Source of the DNA: an uncultured virus (IMG/VR IMGVR_UViG_3300033144_005150)
Taxonomy: Duplodnaviria > Heunggongvirae > Uroviricota > Caudoviricetes
Virus record (IMG/VR): IMGVR_UViG_3300033144_005150
Length of the DNA stretch: 64,000 bases
Direction: 5' to 3' (one strand)
Of this stretch, positions 45,913 to 55,120 are shown piece by piece; positions within the stretch are counted from its first letter, which is position 1, and every line of letters starts with the position of its first letter. The position numbers were made by a program, and so were the translations under genes. Below the pieces are notes generated by a model. It was given only the letters and a program-made list of their open reading frames with translations. It had not been told where the DNA came from and did no database searches.

Positions 45913-47187
45913 ATGCCTAGGGGCATGCAACTCGCAATGCGGCAGGAGCAAGAGCGCCTCCGCGAAGAATCAATCCAAGAGGCGTTCCGCCGATCCAAGG
46001 TCTCGGAGACCCGGTTCAAGGACGTGTTCTTGCTGACCGCGTTTGCGCCTCTCCAGAAGAAATCGCGCAAGCTGGCGGAATCTCCCCAGGCGTGGACCGT
46101 CCTTCACCGGCTGCTCCAGCACAAGGAGAAGTGGGTCAACGACGTGTCCACTTGGAAGCCGCGAGGCAAAGCGGTCACGACCCTCCTGCGGGGTCTGATC
46201 CGTCACCTCATCTGCAAGTACCCGATGCCGGGCTACTGGTTCAGCGTGTGGTTCGAGGGCACCGAGCGTATGCAGAACTACCGGGGCGGAGCTCGGGACG
46301 AGGAGGTGGCCGTGGTCGACACGAGCCTCATCCGCAACTTCGTGAAGCTCGCTCAGGGCACCGGGATGTACAAACTCATCCAGAAGGGCGAGTTTCCCGT
46401 CAGCCTGACCAAGAAGCAGTGCCACGCCTTGATGCAGCAGCGCAAGATCAGCACCGTTCCGCACGCCGTTCGTTGGACGCAGGTTCACAGCTTCGGTGGC
46501 GAGCGTCGTCTGGCCGAAGTCCTGTGTGATTCCAACTGGGGTGACGCGTGCGGTGGTCGTGACTTCGAGGATTTCCAGGCTACGGTGATCCAGTGGTTCT
46601 GTGGCCGTGGCATGTTGGACACGACCCAGGTCGGTCCCATCATCGACTACATCGAGAACTGCCGTCGTGAGAACGAGGAGTGGGCCATCACCGGGCGCAC
46701 CGTCGTCTCGCTCATGCGCGACATGGAAGAGTGGCACCGCAACTTGGTCGTTCAGCGTCGGGGAGCTCGGGCTGCCCTGTACGCCTCGCGGTACAAGCCG
46801 CCACCGGAGAAGTTCGACAAATCCGGGTTCAACGAGTGGTTCGAGTCTCGCAAGACGAAGGATTCTCGGGGTCGTCAGATCCACGAGAACCACCGCGTGG
46901 ATGAACTCCTCACGTACAAAGGGTTGCTCGAGGAAGGACGCGATCTCCATCACTGCATCAGCAGCTATGGCCACAACATCGCGCGTGGGGCTACGTCCAT
47001 TTGGTCGTACTCGAAGGACAAGGAGAAGATCCTCACCATCGAGGTCCACAACCCGACCAAAACCGTTCGTCAAATCCGGGGCTCCCGGAACCGGATGCCG
47101 ACTTCGGGAGAGATGCTCTACGTGCAGAGGTGGGCTCGGGAGGCCCATGTTCTGATCGCCCCTCGAGCTGTCCGACGCGGTTGGTAG
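45913..47187 (+). CDS. PcfJ-like domain protein
   Basis: L.EEGRDLHHCISSY...TIEV...QIRG.RN. Confidence 0.8.
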   Translation: MPRGMQLAMRQEQERLREESIQEAFRRSKVSETRFKDVFLLTAFAPLQKKSRKLAESPQAWTVLHRLLQHKEKWVNDVSTWKPRGKAVTTLLRGLIRHLICKYPMPGYWFSVWFEGTERMQNYRGGARDEEVAVVDTSLIRNFVKLAQGTGMYKLIQKGEFPVSLTKKQCHALMQQRKISTVPHAVRWTQVHSFGGERRLAEVLCDSNWGDACGGRDFEDFQATVIQWFCGRGMLDTTQVGPIIDYIENCRRENEEWAITGRTVVSLMRDMEEWHRNLVVQRRGARAALYASRYKPPPEKFDKSGFNEWFESRKTKDSRGRQIHENHRVDELLTYKGLLEEGRDLHHCISSYGHNIARGATSIWSYSKDKEKILTIEVHNPTKTVRQIRGSRNRMPTSGEMLYVQRWAREAHVLIAPRAVRRGW

Positions 47188-47188
47188 A

Positions 47189-48583
47189 TCAGTCGCCCAG
47201 GAGGGCTTCGTAGGCTTCTTGCTCGGCCTTGGCCATGGCACGGCCCATCTCAGCCCCGGGCTCCATGCCACGGTCGATCAGGTCCTTGCCGGTCAACGCC
47301 GGTGGGGACTCTGCGAAGTTCACGAACGCTTTGACCTCATCGATGGCGGGTTTGCCCAGAGCCCGAGCAGCCCCCATGATGTCCGACGCACCGATGTCGG
47401 CTTTCTCCATCGACTGAAGTTTCTGGTAGACCGCCTTGAGCTTGAGAGCTTCGGCGGGGCTGAGGTCCCGCATCTTGAGCAGGAACAGGACCTTTTGAAT
47501 CTCCGCGTCCGAGTACTTCATCTTGCGCATGACCTTCCCGATCTTTTTCTGTTTGTTGTCGCGCAGGAGACTCACCATCTGGAGGATGGGATCGGGAGTG
47601 TCCAGGTAGGTTTTGCCGACCGTGAGACCAGGGAACATCTGGTCGAACAGGCCCAGCTCCTCCAGCATCTTGAGGTAATGCTTTGGGTCCTTGGCCGATG
47701 CGATGCCACGAACGAACTCGTCCCGAATACGCTCGGGAGAGACTTCGTTTAGATCAGGATCGTCTTTGATGGCCTTGGAGGTCTCGGCATCGATCTCAGC
47801 GCCCAGGCGCCCCGCGAATCGGACGACACGCAGGACTCGGAGCTTGTCTTCGCGGAACCGGTCCTTGGGACGGCCCACGGTTTTGATGACGCCTTCTTTG
47901 GCATCCTTGATGCCGCCGACGTAGTCCACGATTTCTTTCGTGTCCAAGTCGTAGAACAAAGCGTTGATGGTCAGGTCGCGGCGAGCCACGTCCTCGTCGA
48001 TGGTCGTGAACCTCACCTCATCGGGACGACGGCCTTCACCCACGTCTTCGCGGAAGGTGGCGATCTCGTACTCTTCGCCCTCTTGGTCTTTGACCAGGAC
48101 GACACCGAAGGCTTCACCCGCCGTCTCCTTCTGTACGCGGAGTCGTTTGTCTTTGGAGAGCAGTTCGATGACTTTTTCGGGATGGGCCTCGGTCGCTAGA
48201 TCGAAATCCTTGGGCTTCTTGCCCAGGACATGATCTCGCACAGCGCCGCCAACCAGGTAGAGCTCGTGGCCGGCGTCCTTGAGGAGCTGGTGGATGATGT
48301 TGGCGCCTTCGGGCACCGGGATCTTGGCCTTCACCCGAATCGGAGTTCGACGTGTGCCCTTGGCTGCTTGTGCTTTGAGGGCCTGACGCCAACGCCGGTA
48401 TTCGTGGAAAAGCTGAGCTCGGAACCGGTCGTCGGTCTTCATCAACGTGAAGACTCCGACCTTCGGGTACTTATCCCGAGAGTCCAAGTTGGTGTTTGGA
48501 ACCTTGGCGCGGCCTCCGTCCTTCCCGAACTTGTGTTCGAGGAACTTGAGCCAGAGTTCTGGCATGTTCTTTGTGGAAGGCAT
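47189..48583 (-). CDS. cca: class II CCA-adding enzyme / poly(A) polymerase with N-terminal extension
   Basis: LYLVGGAVRD..KDFDLAT, EIATFR, DVARRDLTINAL, RFREDKLRVLR, VSPERI. Confidence 0.9.
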   Translation of the reverse strand: MPSTKNMPELWLKFLEHKFGKDGGRAKVPNTNLDSRDKYPKVGVFTLMKTDDRFRAQLFHEYRRWRQALKAQAAKGTRRTPIRVKAKIPVPEGANIIHQLLKDAGHELYLVGGAVRDHVLGKKPKDFDLATEAHPEKVIELLSKDKRLRVQKETAGEAFGVVLVKDQEGEEYEIATFREDVGEGRRPDEVRFTTIDEDVARRDLTINALFYDLDTKEIVDYVGGIKDAKEGVIKTVGRPKDRFREDKLRVLRVVRFAGRLGAEIDAETSKAIKDDPDLNEVSPERIRDEFVRGIASAKDPKHYLKMLEELGLFDQMFPGLTVGKTYLDTPDPILQMVSLLRDNKQKKIGKVMRKMKYSDAEIQKVLFLLKMRDLSPAEALKLKAVYQKLQSMEKADIGASDIMGAARALGKPAIDEVKAFVNFAESPPALTGKDLIDRGMEPGAEMGRAMAKAEQEAYEALLGD

Positions 48584-48634
48584 CTCTACGAAGGCTTTCT
48601 GATAGCCGCAGTATCGCGGTCGGTAGGATTACCG

Positions 48635-49042
48635 GTGACCTGGTTTTGCCGAAGCTGTCGAACGTCCCAACCGGTGGATCAATTTGACGAAGTACAGCGC
48701 TGTCGTCAATGCGTGAAAAACAAAAGATTCCCACCAACCGTCGGAGTTCAGCTCCCGCCCGGGTGGACCTCTTCCGATCCCGGGCTACCGGACATGAACT
48801 GGCCCGACCCCGACGAGATCAAAAACGGCTACGAAGGACCCCTGTGGACGGCACATCGTGGGGATCAGACGCTCGAGGTTCGGTGGATGGGCAACCACGC
48901 CAAGTATTTCTGCCGTGTGTTCCTGGTTCCAGGCGATCGAGAGAACCCGTCGGACTCTCGAACCTTCGCCTACCCGCATGAGGTGATCGACTGGCTGGCG
49001 ATGTGGTTCCAGAACATGGGGCCGTTCCAGGCTCAGCCTTAG
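48635..49042 (+). CDS. zinc-ribbon hypothetical protein
   Basis: WFCRSC...CRQC. Confidence 0.55.
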   Translation: MTWFCRSCRTSQPVDQFDEVQRCRQCVKNKRFPPTVGVQLPPGWTSSDPGLPDMNWPDPDEIKNGYEGPLWTAHRGDQTLEVRWMGNHAKYFCRVFLVPGDRENPSDSRTFAYPHEVIDWLAMWFQNMGPFQAQP

Positions 49043-49218
49043 TAACCGTCCTCATACCAGCCGCCCCCTTTGAGCTGGAAGCTGGACAACCCCATCGTGC
49101 GTTCGAGGCTCTTTTTGGCCTTGCACTTGGGACACGCTGCGGGTGCCGGATCGTCCATTTTCAGGAGTTCTTCGATTTCGGCCTTGCACTTGAGGCAGCG
49201 AAAGGTATAAATGGGCAT
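49039..49218 (-). CDS. FmdB-family zinc-ribbon protein
   Basis: MPIYTFRCLKC...CPKC...FQLKGGGWY..GY; not in ORF track. Confidence 0.85.
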   Translation of the reverse strand: MPIYTFRCLKCKAEIEELLKMDDPAPAACPKCKAKKSLERTMGLSSFQLKGGGWYEDGY

Positions 49219-49291
49219 CTCGATGGAACTCTACCGGGCATACGACACGCGATTGCATCCCTCCTTATCTTAGGAGCGAGGAAGCACTCGT

Positions 49292-49368
49292 GCGCGCGTA
49301 GCCCAACTGGTAGAGGCACTAGATTCAAACCCTAGGTGTTGTCGGTTCGAGTCCGACCGTGCGTACCA
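49292..49368 (+). tRNA. tRNA-Leu(CAA), short V loop
   Basis: loop TTCAAAC; CCA. Confidence 0.85.
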
Positions 49369-49371
49369 CCT

Positions 49372-49446
49372 GCGCAGGTAGCCCAATTTGGTAGAGGCAG
49401 GAGGTTTAAGCCCTCTTCGTTGTGGGTTCGATTCCCACCCTGCGCA
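49372..49446 (+). tRNA. tRNA-Leu(TAA), short V loop
   Basis: GGAGG-TTTAAGC-CCTCT. Confidence 0.9.
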
Positions 49447-49449
49447 CCT

Positions 49450-49625
49450 GAGACCGATGCGTGACAGAACATTTTTTGGCATCGAGTGGACCCGCGATGG
49501 ATCTGTGTTTTGCAGTCCACACATCTGCGAATTTGACGCCGCCCCTGACGACGGTTCTTGCCCGTGTAGGTGGGGGTCTGGGAGTGACAGTTGGGGCACA
49601 GTAGCCGCAGGTTTTCCAAACGATG
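49450..49625 (-). pseudogene. HNH endonuclease remnant
   Basis: LENLRLLCPNCHSQT..Y.GKN; N-terminal half absent. Confidence 0.6.
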
Positions 49626-49656
49626 ATCGGCGCCCTTTTCGGCTTACTGGGTTCGC

Positions 49657-50325
49657 TTAGGGCTTCTTTGATTTGCGGCTGTCATAGATGGGGAGGGTCC
49701 CCTGGTCGACCGAGCGGGTCCGAACGAGCGCAAGCAGTTGGGCTAGTGAATGAACGCCCAGCTTCTTGTAGACCGACTTGAGGTGGTTCTTGACGGTGTG
49801 AGTGCTTATCGACAGCTCGGCGGCGACCGGAGAGATCCCCCCCCGTCGGGAAGCCGCATCGACCACGTCTTGTTCGCGTGGCGTCAAACTGGGGAATCTT
49901 GGCTCGTTTGGCTCGCTTTGATGGCTGGAGGTCGCAACCAATTCGACGGCGGCTAGAAGTTGTTTGCGACTGACCGGTTTGACGAGGAGGGTGCAAAAAC
50001 GGAGGGCCGATGCGCGCGCGACCACATCGCTAGTGGGTTTGCCGGTCACGACGACGACGCCAAATTGGCCAAAACGCTCGATGGCGTCGCCAGCGAGTTC
50101 AAGACCATCGCGGCCATCGCCCAGGTTGATGTCGACTATCAGCACGGACGGTCGCGCATGGGCGATGGACTCCATCGCCCCATTGTAATCGGGGGCAACC
50201 TGCTGAACGGTATAGCCGTTGATCGTGAGGGTCTGGTGCATCAGGCGCCCCAAGGAGCGGTCGTCTTCGACGATCAGGGCCAAGACCTGCACTCGGGTAT
50301 AATACATGAGTTGCCCCACGTTCAA
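49657..50325 (-). CDS. response regulator, REC plus LuxR HTH
   Basis: IVEDD, VDINL, VTG, KP; LTPREQDV...TVKNHLKSVYKKLGV. Confidence 0.9.
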   Translation of the reverse strand: MNVGQLMYYTRVQVLALIVEDDRSLGRLMHQTLTINGYTVQQVAPDYNGAMESIAHARPSVLIVDINLGDGRDGLELAGDAIERFGQFGVVVVTGKPTSDVVARASALRFCTLLVKPVSRKQLLAAVELVATSSHQSEPNEPRFPSLTPREQDVVDAASRRGGISPVAAELSISTHTVKNHLKSVYKKLGVHSLAQLLALVRTRSVDQGTLPIYDSRKSKKP

Positions 50326-50459
50326 AAAGAGTACCCCTACCTAGTCCCTCTACCCGTTTGGAGGAGCTTTGGTTAATCGAGGGCCGGAAGTTGAGGGTTC
50401 GAGTCCCCCACTACGATGAAATACGCGCTTCTTGGTTTATAGCGCACCACTGAGTAGAG

Positions 50460-52100
50460 ATGGCATTTTCTCGACACGGCGGCCTTTTCCGGTACCCACC
50501 CCGGATGCACGAACAGATCCGCTCCTGGGTGGAGGATGTGATCCGGGCGAATGTGTACGAGCATCTTCAGCAGAAGCTCCAAAAGTTGAAAACGCACCCT
50601 TACCAGGACATCTTTGATGACATCGACGATGTCACGAAAAAGGTCGAATCCTCTCGTGGGAACTCCACAGCTAACGAGGACTCTGAGCACTACCAATACC
50701 TCCTCAACTGGATCGATGAACTCGAAGGCGAAGAGGAAGGCGAAGAGGTATGGGACGAGGACGAAGGCGAATGGGTCAAGAAAGAAAAGGAAAAGAAAAA
50801 AGACGAAGACACCTTTTCCGGTATGCGCCCGCAGAAGTTTAAAGACCTGAACGCGGACGACCGAGACAAGGAACTCACGAACCTTCTCGAGTGGTTTAAA
50901 CGCAAAAAGAAAACGGGGATGAAAAGAGCCTTGGAAGTGCGGGGGCAAGAGATCAGGGACACGAAAAAATCCTTGGCAAAAATCAAACGTCCTGAGAATG
51001 CGAAAGCGGGTTTTCAGACACGGGAATTTGAAATCGATCTCGACGGGTGGGGCTACTTCAACAAGGCGTTCAAATCGCGAGCCCGAAAAAAACTCAACAA
51101 GCAAGTCGATAAAGCGCTCGCCAAGGAGCACAAGGACGGCAAACTTTCGCCTGCGGAGCTCAAGAAGAGGAAGGCGGAACTTCAAAAGGAACTCGTCGAG
51201 GACGCGCTCGACAACCTCCCCAAGGTCACCGTGTCACTGATTGATCCTGCGCGGGCTAAAAACCAAGGCGCATGGTCGGACGAAAAAAACACGCTGTACC
51301 TGCCGATAGACCGAATGCCTGCCAAAGATTGGCGTCGTACTTTGAGCCACGAGTTGCGTCACATGGGTCAGTCGTTGATGCAACGTGCTCTGGGGATTCC
51401 CCATAGAGCGCCTGCAGAAGGTGGGCGTAAAAAAACACCGGCCGGTCCTGGCCTTCCTAGCCGCCGCATGATGGACCCTGAAATACAGCAGCAATACGGC
51501 CACCTTGGGGACACTCCCGCCGAAGCACAGAGACTGGTAAAACGTCTCAAGGAACAAGGGATAACGCAGACGAAATTCCACAGCCTTGATGACATGGAAT
51601 TCTATACGTTGCTCGCGGACGCGGTCGAGACGTTTAAGGATGAGCAGAAAAAAAAGAAGTGGGATGCTCGGGACACGCAGACCGCGTTACGCCTATATTC
51701 CGGAACACTGGAGACCCCCAAAAAGAACGCGGACTGGGACAAGATCGATCCAAATCGGAAAATCCGCCATTCCGAAATGAGGAAAGCGAACGATGCCCTC
51801 CAAACTTGGAAAGACCACAATTCCGAGAAATGGAAAAAAGCGACCAAAGAGCTCGTCAAAGCTGTGCAGTCTTCGGCGTCCTCGTCCGACAAAAAAAGCG
51901 TCCAAGGGCTCTGGAAACAGTTTTTGGAAGAAAAATACGAAGGAGGTAAGGCCAAAGTGGTCAACCCCAACTCGAAAACTCGGGATAGCCACCCGGAGAT
52001 CACGGTCTCGTACCTCATGGCCCAATCGGACCCGGCCTATGGCTCTGCGCGTCAACGAGTACGGAGAGAGTTCGTTACCTGGCAGCAACCCCAGCGATGA
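50460..52100 (+). CDS. Lys/Glu-rich hypothetical protein with HExxH motif
   Basis: 546 aa; HELRH; C-terminal domain shared with CCA enzyme N-terminus. Confidence 0.8.
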   Translation: MAFSRHGGLFRYPPRMHEQIRSWVEDVIRANVYEHLQQKLQKLKTHPYQDIFDDIDDVTKKVESSRGNSTANEDSEHYQYLLNWIDELEGEEEGEEVWDEDEGEWVKKEKEKKKDEDTFSGMRPQKFKDLNADDRDKELTNLLEWFKRKKKTGMKRALEVRGQEIRDTKKSLAKIKRPENAKAGFQTREFEIDLDGWGYFNKAFKSRARKKLNKQVDKALAKEHKDGKLSPAELKKRKAELQKELVEDALDNLPKVTVSLIDPARAKNQGAWSDEKNTLYLPIDRMPAKDWRRTLSHELRHMGQSLMQRALGIPHRAPAEGGRKKTPAGPGLPSRRMMDPEIQQQYGHLGDTPAEAQRLVKRLKEQGITQTKFHSLDDMEFYTLLADAVETFKDEQKKKKWDARDTQTALRLYSGTLETPKKNADWDKIDPNRKIRHSEMRKANDALQTWKDHNSEKWKKATKELVKAVQSSASSSDKKSVQGLWKQFLEEKYEGGKAKVVNPNSKTRDSHPEITVSYLMAQSDPAYGSARQRVRREFVTWQQPQR

Positions 52101-52102
52101 GC

Positions 52103-52324
52103 CTACGGCAGCTCGATCCAATCGAAGGCCAGCAGATCAGCGTGTTTGGGGTTCCAACGTTTGCGCGTGTGGCCCTCGTCGTGCCCTTTGAGGAGCATGA
52201 TGCACATTTCCTCGTCTGCAGGATCTTCCATGAGTTCAAGCCATGTTCGGGTCTTGATCCACGGTTTGCGGCGCACCCTCCCTCGACCGTGAAGGATCTG
52301 AATCGCTTCTGCGAAGGTGCTCAT
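52103..52324 (-). CDS. DUF2829 / Tad2-like protein
   Basis: TFAEAI..L..GRVRRKPW...WNP..ADLLAFDW. Confidence 0.65.
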   Translation of the reverse strand: MSTFAEAIQILHGRGRVRRKPWIKTRTWLELMEDPADEEMCIMLLKGHDEGHTRKRWNPKHADLLAFDWIELP

Positions 52325-52986
52325 CGAGATCCTTTCCTCGTGAAAACCGTAAGACCGTCGTGCAAACCCTCCCAGAAGGGAATGCGCACGTACTCCTCAT
52401 CAAAGTGCTCCCCCATGTGCTCGAAGAAGTAGTCACCGGCGGTGCAGCCACCTTCGCCCTCGCCGATGTAGATCACGGTGTCGCCCGTGTACTTCACGAC
52501 GGCCTCATGGGCCATCGACGACATCGGAGGCCAGCACAGGAAGAGCGTCCGGTCCTGATGCTCCAGAACGCTCTCAGGGCTCCCCAGATTGATTTGGGTG
52601 AAGACCGGTGTGTCGATCCTCGCCACCGTCTCGAAAACCGTCTTGACGCCGTCAGGAGGGCACCAGATGTTTTCCGTGGAGCGGTCTGGCGGGTTCTCGT
52701 CGTAGCAGACCACGTCCCCGCCAGCAGCTTGGACGAGGGATGCCCAGTAGCCCCGACCCGCACCGATTTCCACGATGGGGGAGTGCTTCACCATGAGGTC
52801 AATCGCAGCTTGGTCTGGGATCGCCCAGGCGTACTGATGCTGGAGTTGTTTGTAACGCGAGAAGGTGCCCAGCCATCGCTCCCCCATCTCGCGCGGGGTT
52901 TCCTTGGGGAACACCCACATGCCGTAGTCGGTCAGCTTGGCGTCTTTGTACTGCTCGTGCCAAGCGTCGTAGAGCGGATTGTCCAT
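52321..52986 (-). CDS. SAM-dependent methyltransferase
   Basis: IVEIGAGRGYWA, LFLCWPP, IYIGE..GCT. Confidence 0.8.
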   Translation of the reverse strand: MDNPLYDAWHEQYKDAKLTDYGMWVFPKETPREMGERWLGTFSRYKQLQHQYAWAIPDQAAIDLMVKHSPIVEIGAGRGYWASLVQAAGGDVVCYDENPPDRSTENIWCPPDGVKTVFETVARIDTPVFTQINLGSPESVLEHQDRTLFLCWPPMSSMAHEAVVKYTGDTVIYIGEGEGGCTAGDYFFEHMGEHFDEEYVRIPFWEGLHDGLTVFTRKGSR

Positions 52987-53005
52987 CAACTCTTATACGC
53001 CACGG

Positions 53006-53488
53006 TCAAACAACGATGCCGGCAAACCGGGTCACCCACTTCGTTGGGTGGAACTCGGGGATGGGGAGCGGCTCCAGAAGTTCGGCTCCCTCTTCCCAGA
53101 ATGACTTGAGGACGCGCTTCTCACCAGTCCGGTAGAAGTGCATCAGGTAACGCAGGTCGCAGGCCGAGAAGTCGCACAGCCACTGGTCCAGATCGTGAAC
53201 ACCGGCGTCGTGGAGTAGCTGGAGGCTGTACCGGCACGCGTCGTTCTCGTAGACCATCAGCTCGGCTAGCTGCTCCTCGGTGGGATTCTCGAGGACGCCG
53301 TAGCCGATGTCTCGAGCCTTGGGGCAGCTATTCCACTGCACCGTGTGACCGAACAGGTGCGCGAGAATGAAGACCGCGCTCTCGATATCCTCCGCGTAGT
53401 CAACGTGAATCTCCGAACCGTCGAGATCCCCCACGAAAGGATCCGGTACGTCCCGGATCAGCACCGGGATTTGGTAACGGTCCTCCAC
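53006..53488 (-). CDS. hypothetical protein with HxxxH motif
   Basis: AHLFGHTVQW...YE..A. Confidence 0.65.
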   Translation of the reverse strand: MEDRYQIPVLIRDVPDPFVGDLDGSEIHVDYAEDIESAVFILAHLFGHTVQWNSCPKARDIGYGVLENPTEEQLAELMVYENDACRYSLQLLHDAGVHDLDQWLCDFSACDLRYLMHFYRTGEKRVLKSFWEEGAELLEPLPIPEFHPTKWVTRFAGIVV

Positions 53489-53518
53489 GTAAGGCTCGAC
53501 GGTGTCGAGACTTATACG

Positions 53519-53956
53519 CTACTGGAGCGTGGGGCACAGTAGGAGGGCCACGGAGGGATCTTTCGTTTTCCCCTTGTAGCGCATCTCCAGGTGTACATGC
53601 GGGCCTGTAGCCCGTCCGGTGCTGCCCATGAGACCGATCTGATCCCCACTCCATAGTTGATCCCCCTTGGCCACGGTGGCCTCTTGGAGGTGCAGGAACG
53701 TGAGCTGGATTTCCCCAGATCGGACCACGACATAGCGCCCGCTCCAACGACTCCGAGAGACCCTGACTACGACACCCTGCCAAGGAATGCGGACGGGGGT
53801 TCCGGCCTTGTTGGCGATGTCGATGCCCTGGTGGAATTTGCGTCGGTGCGTCATCGGGTCTTGGCGGTACCCATACTCCGAGGTCACCCACCCCTCAGCG
53901 GGGCAGGCGGGGGTGAGCTGGAGGAGCCAGAGTAAGACAACGATCTCCACGTACAT
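53519..53956 (-). CDS. M23 family peptidase
   Basis: HQGIDIA, G.MGSTGRATGPHVHLE. Confidence 0.9.
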   Translation of the reverse strand: MYVEIVVLLWLLQLTPACPAEGWVTSEYGYRQDPMTHRRKFHQGIDIANKAGTPVRIPWQGVVVRVSRSRWSGRYVVVRSGEIQLTFLHLQEATVAKGDQLWSGDQIGLMGSTGRATGPHVHLEMRYKGKTKDPSVALLLCPTLQ

Positions 53957-53983
53957 GGAAACCCCATCAACGTGAAAGTGAGC

Positions 53984-54178
53984 TCAGGAAGTGCGCTTCC
54001 AGCCTTCAGACTGCATGCGCTTGAAATGGTCGTACAAATTGGACACAGCTTCGGAGTTTTCGTTCCCCGTAGCTGTGATGAAAGCTCGTAGGTTGTCCCG
54101 CTCCATCCACAGGATGGAGGCTTCCCACACTTTGTGGTAGCTGCTGTACTCAATTTTGCACTGCATCCTTGTCATCAT
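53984..54178 (-). CDS. small hypothetical protein
   Basis: 64-aa ORF in minus-strand run. Confidence 0.5.
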   Translation of the reverse strand: MMTRMQCKIEYSSYHKVWEASILWMERDNLRAFITATGNENSEAVSNLYDHFKRMQSEGWKRTS

Positions 54179-54264
54179 CTGATCGGTGGTCAGAGATGGT
54201 GGTGCGGGGGGTGAGTCGTCCACCCCTCGGTAAGGGCCTCCGTCGTGGGCGGTGTGAAGAACCA

Positions 54265-54594
54265 TCAGTGCCAGTACTCGCCCTCATGGAATGAGGGGCC
54301 CGCTACTCCGAGCTCTTCCGCCATGCGCTTGAGGGTGGCGACTTGTTCGGGGTCGGTTTTCGTGTCTCCCGTTTTTGGGTCTGAGGTGCTTGTGGCGTAG
54401 AAGAGATACTCGATCCCCCGTTCGCGGTAAGCCGTCCCCATTCGTCGGGGCTCGGAGAGACCGTAGTGGTCACAGAGTTCGAGGTAGCCTTCGTCGTGAT
54501 CGAAAGTGATCCCGAGCTTTTTGAAAGCGGTTTCGAGCTCGTCCTCTGTGAGGAGGACACCGAAACCGGATACTGCGCTGCAATCAACTCCCAT
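54265..54594 (-). CDS. hypothetical protein
   Basis: MGVDCSAVSGFGV... Confidence 0.65.
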   Translation of the reverse strand: MGVDCSAVSGFGVLLTEDELETAFKKLGITFDHDEGYLELCDHYGLSEPRRMGTAYRERGIEYLFYATSTSDPKTGDTKTDPEQVATLKRMAEELGVAGPSFHEGEYWH

Positions 54595-55120
54595 GTTTTT
54601 TTCTTTCTGCGATGCGTTTGTCGTACTCCGCGGCGGCGCGGCTGTACATAGCGTCACTGAAATAACTCAGTTCTCCAGCGCCGCTGATCGAGTACCCGAT
54701 CAGCATGGCGAACTGCTCACTGTCCTTTTGACAGAACCCTTGCGTGGCGAGGTGGTTCAGACCGTGAGGGCCGTTTTCCACCAGGTAGCGGACGATGCTG
54801 TTGCCTGTCTCTGGGTGTTGGAGCCGTGTGAACTGCTCTTCCATCCAGGGCTCGACTGGGATTTCAGTTCGCCAGTGTGGAAGGAGCTTGGACACCAACA
54901 CGTTTTCACGAAACCGGATAAGGTCGCCTTCTTTCTCTTCGACCCAGACAACTTTTTGGAGCTCACGCTCGGCCGCCTCTTTTTCGGTGACGGCCATGGC
55001 CGGAGTGTACGCCCCTGTGTATGCGGAGAACATCTCCATGAGCACGTACTCGTGGTCGACGAGCCCGACCAGGGCCTCCCGGAGCATGTCCAGCGTGAGT
55101 GTTTGGTGGTCGTCGCTCAT
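54584..55120 (-). CDS. hypothetical phage protein
   Basis: IRFREN; EQFAMLIGYSISG.GELSY. Confidence 0.7.
   Translation of the reverse strand: MSDDHQTLTLDMLREALVGLVDHEYVLMEMFSAYTGAYTPAMAVTEKEAAERELQKVVWVEEKEGDLIRFRENVLVSKLLPHWRTEIPVEPWMEEQFTRLQHPETGNSIVRYLVENGPHGLNHLATQGFCQKDSEQFAMLIGYSISGAGELSYFSDAMYSRAAAEYDKRIAERKKHGS

Noticed and set aside
45970..47271. Long antisense ORFs (also 42938-44074, 35774-36799, 29830-30729)
   Set aside because: Shadow frames of clear genes in GC-rich DNA.
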